Assembly: GCA_964641245.1 (NCBI GenBank)
Contig: CAZXML010000003.1
Span: forward strand, 17,395-81,394
Length of the DNA stretch: 64,000 bases
Source: an uncultured Gammaproteobacteria bacterium
Lineage (GTDB): Bacteria; Patescibacteriota; Patescibacteriia; Magasanikbacterales; GWA2-37-8
Direction of reading: 5' to 3'
A program made the translations under genes and the position numbers. The notes under the pieces are model-generated. The model searched no databases. It was not told where the DNA came from and was given only the letters and a program-made list of their open reading frames with translations. Of the stretch, positions 59,280 through 64,000 are shown piece after piece (the first letter of the stretch is position 1; each line of letters begins with the position of its first letter).

Positions 59280-60122
59280 CTAGAGCTTTCTTTTATTCGC
59301 ATTATGCTCATCCAAGGTTTTGCCGTAATAAACCGTTCCGTCTTTGGCTGTTAAAAAATACCAATACGAATTTATTTCCGGATGAAGCGCGGCCTTGATG
59401 GAATCTAAGCCCGGATTGGCTATCGGCCCAAGCGGTAAACCGGGATATTTATATGTATTCCACAGAGAATCAAAGCTTCGTTCTTTGTTGGTGGTAAAAA
59501 CATCACCGGTTTTATTTACAACATAGTGCACGCTGGAATCCAACTGCAACGCCCAATTTTTTTGGTAACGGCGCCACAAAATATCCGCCACTCTGGCTTT
59601 ATCGGCCGGACTTTGCACTTCTTCTTCCAGCAAGCTGGCCATAGTCAAAATTTCAAAATAACTATGACCGGAATTTTTTACATCTTCCCACATCGCCGCG
59701 TCCATTTCCTTATCGCGCTGATTTATTAATTTTTTAAGCACATCCAAAAGAACGGCGTCTTTAAAAACCCGGTAAGTTTCCGGAGCCAAAAACCCTTCGT
59801 AAGAAACATAACCCGGTTTGTAAGACACAACTGAAGATTCATTAATTACCGGCAAACTAATTCCTTTGGTTCGGTAATCCACCGCCGACTTGCCGGTTAT
59901 TTTATAAACATCATCGGTGCTGGAGGCAATACCCAGTTTTACCAGATATTCCGCCACCTGGCGCAAGTTCCACCCGGGAATAATAGTAACGGTTAATTCC
60001 GGTTTGGGAGGAATGGGAGCGTAGTAGCGGACATGGGTTTTTTTGTAATATAAAATACCAGCCAAGGGAATAATTAGGATAAGAACTGCGGAAAATATTA
60101 AGATTTTTTTGTTTAAAGACAT
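59280..60122 (-). CDS. mltG: Endolytic transglycosylase
   Basis: EGFLAPETY, ASLLEEE, LQLDS, NTYKYPGLPLGPIANPG. Confidence 0.92.
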   Translation of the reverse strand: MSLNKKILIFSAVLILIIPLAGILYYKKTHVRYYAPIPPKPELTVTIIPGWNLRQVAEYLVKLGIASSTDDVYKITGKSAVDYRTKGISLPVINESSVVSYKPGYVSYEGFLAPETYRVFKDAVLLDVLKKLINQRDKEMDAAMWEDVKNSGHSYFEILTMASLLEEEVQSPADKARVADILWRRYQKNWALQLDSSVHYVVNKTGDVFTTNKERSFDSLWNTYKYPGLPLGPIANPGLDSIKAALHPEINSYWYFLTAKDGTVYYGKTLDEHNANKRKL

Positions 60123-60218
60123 ATTTTTTGGGATTTCACGAATGGGCTTGTGCCCCACGAATTATTCGAATACGATTAGCATTATTCGTGGCGCTCAAGC
60201 GCATTCGCATTATCCAAA

Positions 60219-60905
60219 TTACTCATTCCAGTTCTCTCTCGCCCACTGCAACCTTTCCGGCACGCCAATGTCTATCCACGGCTTGTCAGATTCATAAACA
60301 TACAAATCTTTCATTTTTGGAAAAACATCGTATTCAACACTAAAAGATTTTTCGGCCGGAAAATATTTTTTTGCTTTGGCATTAAACAAATAAATTCCGC
60401 CATTTTGATAGCCGGGCTGATGCAAACCTTCTTTTTCTTTAAACTTTTTTAAATGAAAATTTTTATCATACTCCAACGTGCCGTAGGTGGCGACGTCCTC
60501 CACTTTGGCTCCCAAAATAATTCCATCGCTTTCCGGAGGCAAACATTTTATCATATCTGCCAAATCAACGGCGCTCAAAACATCTCCGTTTAAAATTATG
60601 GTTAGTTCGTCCGGTTTAGAAACATATTCCCACGCATGCTTTATGGCGCCACCGGTTCCCAGTCTTTCTTGCTCAATCGCGTAAATCAAATCAACTCCGT
60701 CTTTGTGCAAGCCGATTTTTTGATGCAAAACTTCCGCCAAATGACCGGCGGCCAGCACAACTTCGGTAATACCCACACTTTTTAATTTTTCCAATTGCCA
60801 ATCCAAAACCGTTTTGCCTTTTATTTCCAGCAAAATTTTAGGAATAGTTTTTGTAATATCTCCCAACCTTGTTGATAATCCTCCGCAAAGAATAATGGCG
60901 TTCAT
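60219..60905 (-). CDS. NDP-sugar pyrophosphorylase-family nucleotidyltransferase
   Basis: AIILCGGLSTRL-PK, LGTGGA, NGD, WIDIG. Confidence 0.9.
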   Translation of the reverse strand: MNAIILCGGLSTRLGDITKTIPKILLEIKGKTVLDWQLEKLKSVGITEVVLAAGHLAEVLHQKIGLHKDGVDLIYAIEQERLGTGGAIKHAWEYVSKPDELTIILNGDVLSAVDLADMIKCLPPESDGIILGAKVEDVATYGTLEYDKNFHLKKFKEKEGLHQPGYQNGGIYLFNAKAKKYFPAEKSFSVEYDVFPKMKDLYVYESDKPWIDIGVPERLQWARENWNE

Positions 60906-60909
60906 ATGT

Positions 60910-61452
60910 CTATTTCTTTTTTAAATTATCCAGATAAGCTAACGCGCGATAAGCACAGATTTCCGCGAAAGCGTCAGGTAATTTGTGTTGTGATAATAAT
61001 TTCTTAAATTCAGGCATAGAAACGGTTAAAATTTCAATATCTTCCGCGTCTTCAAAATTCGGCTCCTGAATTTTGCTCGCGTCCAAGGCCAAAAAATGAT
61101 ACACATCGCCTGTGGTATATTTTCCTTTAATGCTTTTTCCTAAGGCAATAAACTTTTTAGCTGCATAGCCTGTTTCTTCCAGAAGCTCGCGCTTAGCTGT
61201 GGCTTTGGCCTGTTCGTTATCATCAATAATTCCCGCTACCAAAGAAATTAATTTTTTCTGCTGGCCAATGTAGTATTGTTTTAAAATAATCACCCTGCCT
61301 TTGGCGTCAATCGCCAAGACATCCACAAAACTATACCCGGCGGTAATAAAAAAATCCCGGGTCTTCCCATTCGGCAAACGCATTCGCCATGATTGTACTG
61401 AACTTTTATAAGTATTGAGTACAGTTTTCTTCCCAAATAATTTCCAACTCAT
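60910..61452 (-). CDS. NUDIX hydrolase
   Basis: AGIID...AKRELLEETGY Nudix box. Confidence 0.9.
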   Translation of the reverse strand: MSWKLFGKKTVLNTYKSSVQSWRMRLPNGKTRDFFITAGYSFVDVLAIDAKGRVIILKQYYIGQQKKLISLVAGIIDDNEQAKATAKRELLEETGYAAKKFIALGKSIKGKYTTGDVYHFLALDASKIQEPNFEDAEDIEILTVSMPEFKKLLSQHKLPDAFAEICAYRALAYLDNLKKK

Positions 61453-61979
61453 ATATTTAACAAGTTAGTTGTGTAATAGGCTAAAGCCGCTGTAAATGCC
61501 GCCACTCCCATTCCTCCTAAAATATCCAAAGGATAATGCAAACCCGCGTACACCCTGCCCCACATTACCCAGGCGGCCATTGGAATCATGGCCCAAGCGC
61601 CGGGCAAATGAAAAATATAAGCCATAAAAACCAAAAGCCAAGCGGACATGCTGTGATCGGATGGGAATGTTTTCCAACTCATTAAAGGTTGGAATAATAA
61701 TCTGGTTTGAGGGTTGGTAACGTATGGCCGCGGCTCATGCATGGTCATGCTGATTAACAGACTGATCAGCCAACCGACTGCCCAAGCGGCCGCAAAAAAA
61801 ATCAAAGGTAAAAAAACCAGGCGTTTATTCGGCATTCTATCTATTAAAACGCCGGCAATATACCACGCGCCCATAGCAATAACCACCCACTCCGCTCCCG
61901 CGCGCCCAAAACTATCCAGTAGCTTAGATTTGCCTACCAAACCGTTGATTTTGAGAAATATTTTAGTGTTTATGTCCAT
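61449..61979 (-). CDS. PAP2-family phosphatase (undecaprenyl-PP phosphatase-like)
   Basis: RP, FPSDH, RVYAGLHYPLD. Confidence 0.9.
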   Translation of the reverse strand: MDINTKIFLKINGLVGKSKLLDSFGRAGAEWVVIAMGAWYIAGVLIDRMPNKRLVFLPLIFFAAAWAVGWLISLLISMTMHEPRPYVTNPQTRLLFQPLMSWKTFPSDHSMSAWLLVFMAYIFHLPGAWAMIPMAAWVMWGRVYAGLHYPLDILGGMGVAAFTAALAYYTTNLLNI

Positions 61980-62064
61980 ATAGTTTGATGTATTCTAACA
62001 ACTAACATTCGCTTTGGCAACCCTTGAAATATTTATAAATAATGGTATACTTCTAACGATAAAT

Positions 62065-62137
62065 GCGCCCGTAGCTCAGTGGTTAGAGCACTGCCCTTAT
62101 AAGGCAGGGGTCCTCGGTTCAAGTCCAAGCGGGCGCA
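62065..62137 (+). tRNA. tRNA-Ile(UAU)
   Basis: GCGCCCG/CGGGCGC acceptor; CTGCC-CT-TAT-AA-GGCAG anticodon arm; one T-stem mismatch; CCA not encoded; TGGTATACT -10 upstream. Confidence 0.92.
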
Positions 62138-62294
62138 CAAACAGAAGTCCAGAAAAAGCCTAAAAATGGGCTTTTTTTGTTTAGACTGTATCAATCGGAG
62201 CGACCTCTTTTCTTTTTCAAGGAAAAATGGTACACTTTTTCTATCTTTAGGCAAAAAGGATCCACGCCAAATAACCTGGGATAAGCATATTTTT

Positions 62295-62699
62295 ATGAGC
62301 ATAACACCGGTTCCAAAAAATAGATTCACTGGGAATCAGAGCCTAGGCAGTCAGTTCCGTAAAGGTTCGCTCCACAATAACCCCAAAGCTATGGATGAAC
62401 AAAGCGGCCTTTTAAAATCACAAAGAAATTCCGTTACCAATAAACCCGGACAATTCATATACAAAGGAAATAGAAACTTAAATCCCGCCATAAGAAATCA
62501 CAACGAACATGCCATAACAAGTATTTCTGCAAAGTTCAACACAGCTACTGTTCACGCGATGGGAGACAAAACAACGCTCGCGAGAAAAGGTGAAGAACGC
62601 GCGCATATTTCCGGTAGTGTAAGCGGGCTAATCAAAAAAAGAGCATCGCTAAGCGCCACCACCCCGGTCAAGCCAAGCGCGCCTAAATTACAATTTTAA
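62295..62699 (+). CDS. Basic hypothetical protein
   Basis: 134-aa ORF ending 13 nt before the RluA-family gene; no recognisable motif. Confidence 0.5.
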   Translation: MSITPVPKNRFTGNQSLGSQFRKGSLHNNPKAMDEQSGLLKSQRNSVTNKPGQFIYKGNRNLNPAIRNHNEHAITSISAKFNTATVHAMGDKTTLARKGEERAHISGSVSGLIKKRASLSATTPVKPSAPKLQF

Positions 62700-62712
62700 A
62701 TTTAAAAATTAA

Positions 62713-63660
62713 ATGCCCTCTCCAGCCAAATTTCAAATACTCAAAAAAGATGATGGCAAAAGGCTGGATGTTTTTTTGGCTAAAAAATTAAAGATAAGCC
62801 GGTCGCAGGCGCAAAAAATGATTGGGATGGAGCAGGTTTATGTGAATAAAAAATTGCCCAAAAAACCGGGCGACAATTTAACCGAGGGCGGTACTATAGA
62901 AATAAAAAAACCTAAATTAACCGTGGCGGCTTCGGAAAAAAAGGCGGCCGGGCAGGTTAAATATGATGTTGAGATAATCTCCGTAACGCCGGACTATGTG
63001 GTGGTAGACAAACCCACCGGCATGCTTTCCCACGCCACCATGGCCGGAGAAAAAAATACTTTGGCGAATTTCATTACCAAAAAATACCCGGGCGTAAAAA
63101 AGGTCGGCGACGACCCCATGCGCCCGGGCATAGTGCACCGGTTAGATAAAGAAGCTTCCGGTTTAATGGTAATCGCGCGAACACAAAAAATGTTCAACCA
63201 TTTAAAGGAACAATTTAAAAACAGAACAATAGAAAAGGAATACCTGGCCTTAGCGCACGAACCAATGGCCCGAAATTGGGATGAAATTAATTTTCCTATT
63301 TCCCGCTCGGAAACATCGGACCGCATGGCCGCTATTCCCGCTGGTGAAGCCAGCCGGGGCAAAGAAGCAAAAACGGAATTTTCGGTAGAGAAAAACTTTA
63401 TTAATTTTTCCCTCATACGCGTAAAAATCCACACCGGCCGTATGCACCAAATTCGCGTACACCTGTTGGCCTACAACCATCCGATAGTTGGCGATCCGCT
63501 TTACTTCCAAAAAAAACAAAAACGCAACTGGGATGAAAGACTGGGTCGGCTTTTTTTACATTCCACAAAATTAGGCTTCACGGATTTGGATGGAAACCGT
63601 CAGACTTTCGAGTTACCACTACCAAAGGAATTAGACGAATTTCTGACACTACTTAAGTAA
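62713..63660 (+). CDS. RluA/RluD-family pseudouridine synthase
   Basis: S4 domain RLD-FL, DKPTG, HRLDKEASG, TGRMHQIRVH, GDPLY. Confidence 0.95.
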   Translation: MPSPAKFQILKKDDGKRLDVFLAKKLKISRSQAQKMIGMEQVYVNKKLPKKPGDNLTEGGTIEIKKPKLTVAASEKKAAGQVKYDVEIISVTPDYVVVDKPTGMLSHATMAGEKNTLANFITKKYPGVKKVGDDPMRPGIVHRLDKEASGLMVIARTQKMFNHLKEQFKNRTIEKEYLALAHEPMARNWDEINFPISRSETSDRMAAIPAGEASRGKEAKTEFSVEKNFINFSLIRVKIHTGRMHQIRVHLLAYNHPIVGDPLYFQKKQKRNWDERLGRLFLHSTKLGFTDLDGNRQTFELPLPKELDEFLTLLK

Positions 63661-63667
63661 TTTAAAT

Positions 63668-63756
63668 TGTCATTGCGAGCAAAGCGAAGCAATCCCAAAG
63701 TACTGGTAGTGCCGGACAGTGGGATTGCCGCGTCGCTACGGCTCCTCGCAATGACA
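63668..63756. repeat. Family A doublet, inverted near-copy of 23124-23211
   Basis: Arms and spacer CCCAAAGTACTGGTAGT shared. Confidence 0.95.
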
Positions 63757-63766
63757 ACTAAATTGT

Positions 63767-64000
63767 ATGCAAAATAACCCCGGATTATTAATAATCATCT
63801 CCTCCCCCACTGGCGGCGGCAAAGACGCGGTAATCGCCCGTCTTTTAAAAATGTTCCCTAATGCCATCCGTTTAGTCACCACCACCTCGCGCCCTCCCCG
63901 CCCTACAGACAAGGAAGGCGTGACATATAATTTTTTATCACAGGAGGAATTTGAAAATAAAATAAAACAGGGATACTTTTTGGAATACAACAACTGCGTC
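63767..64000 (+). CDS. gmk: Guanylate kinase, N-terminal part; runs off the window
   Basis: Manual translation MQNNPGLLIIISSPTGGGKD...TTTSRPPR..EGVTYNF...FLEY. Confidence 0.93.
   Translation, partial: MQNNPGLLIIISSPTGGGKDAVIARLLKMFPNAIRLVTTTSRPPRPTDKEGVTYNFLSQEEFENKIKQGYFLEYNNCV

Overview
Chromosomal window from a Patescibacteria/CPR bacterium. This is an inference from the gene set, the tRNA-Ile(UAU), the GAD-less AspRS, the tandem gpmI genes and the AT-rich SD-less starts; the lineage is plausibly ABY1/Magasanikbacteria-like. The backbone is housekeeping: gpsA, ndk, argS-tyrS-valS, glycolysis (2x gpmI, eno, pgk, gap), scpAB, aspS, rpsB-tsf, rpmE-prfA-prmC, rplY, rodA, gyrB, secE-nusG-rplK, queA-mltG, an RluA-family gene, gmk and two tRNAs. 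Five layers sit on top of it. (1) A dense family of TGTCAT...ATGACA palindrome doublets occurs at 18 loci, two of them nested. One copy encloses a small, frameshifted GIY-YIG nuclease gene and looks like the autonomous form of a REP/REPIN-like element. (2) At least four other palindromic or short tandem repeat families are present, many inserted in frame in core proteins. (3) An unexplained, highly structured intergenic sequence of about 420 nt at 51441-51858 is a candidate ncRNA. (4) Two orphan genes have 3' ends resembling DGR variable repeats. (5) Nine accessory genes, several secreted and myxobacterial/deltaproteobacterial in style, carry strong Shine-Dalgarno sites while the core genes do not. 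No CRISPR array, rRNA, integrase, reverse transcriptase or classical transposase was seen. All calls come from reading the sequence by eye; no searches were run.
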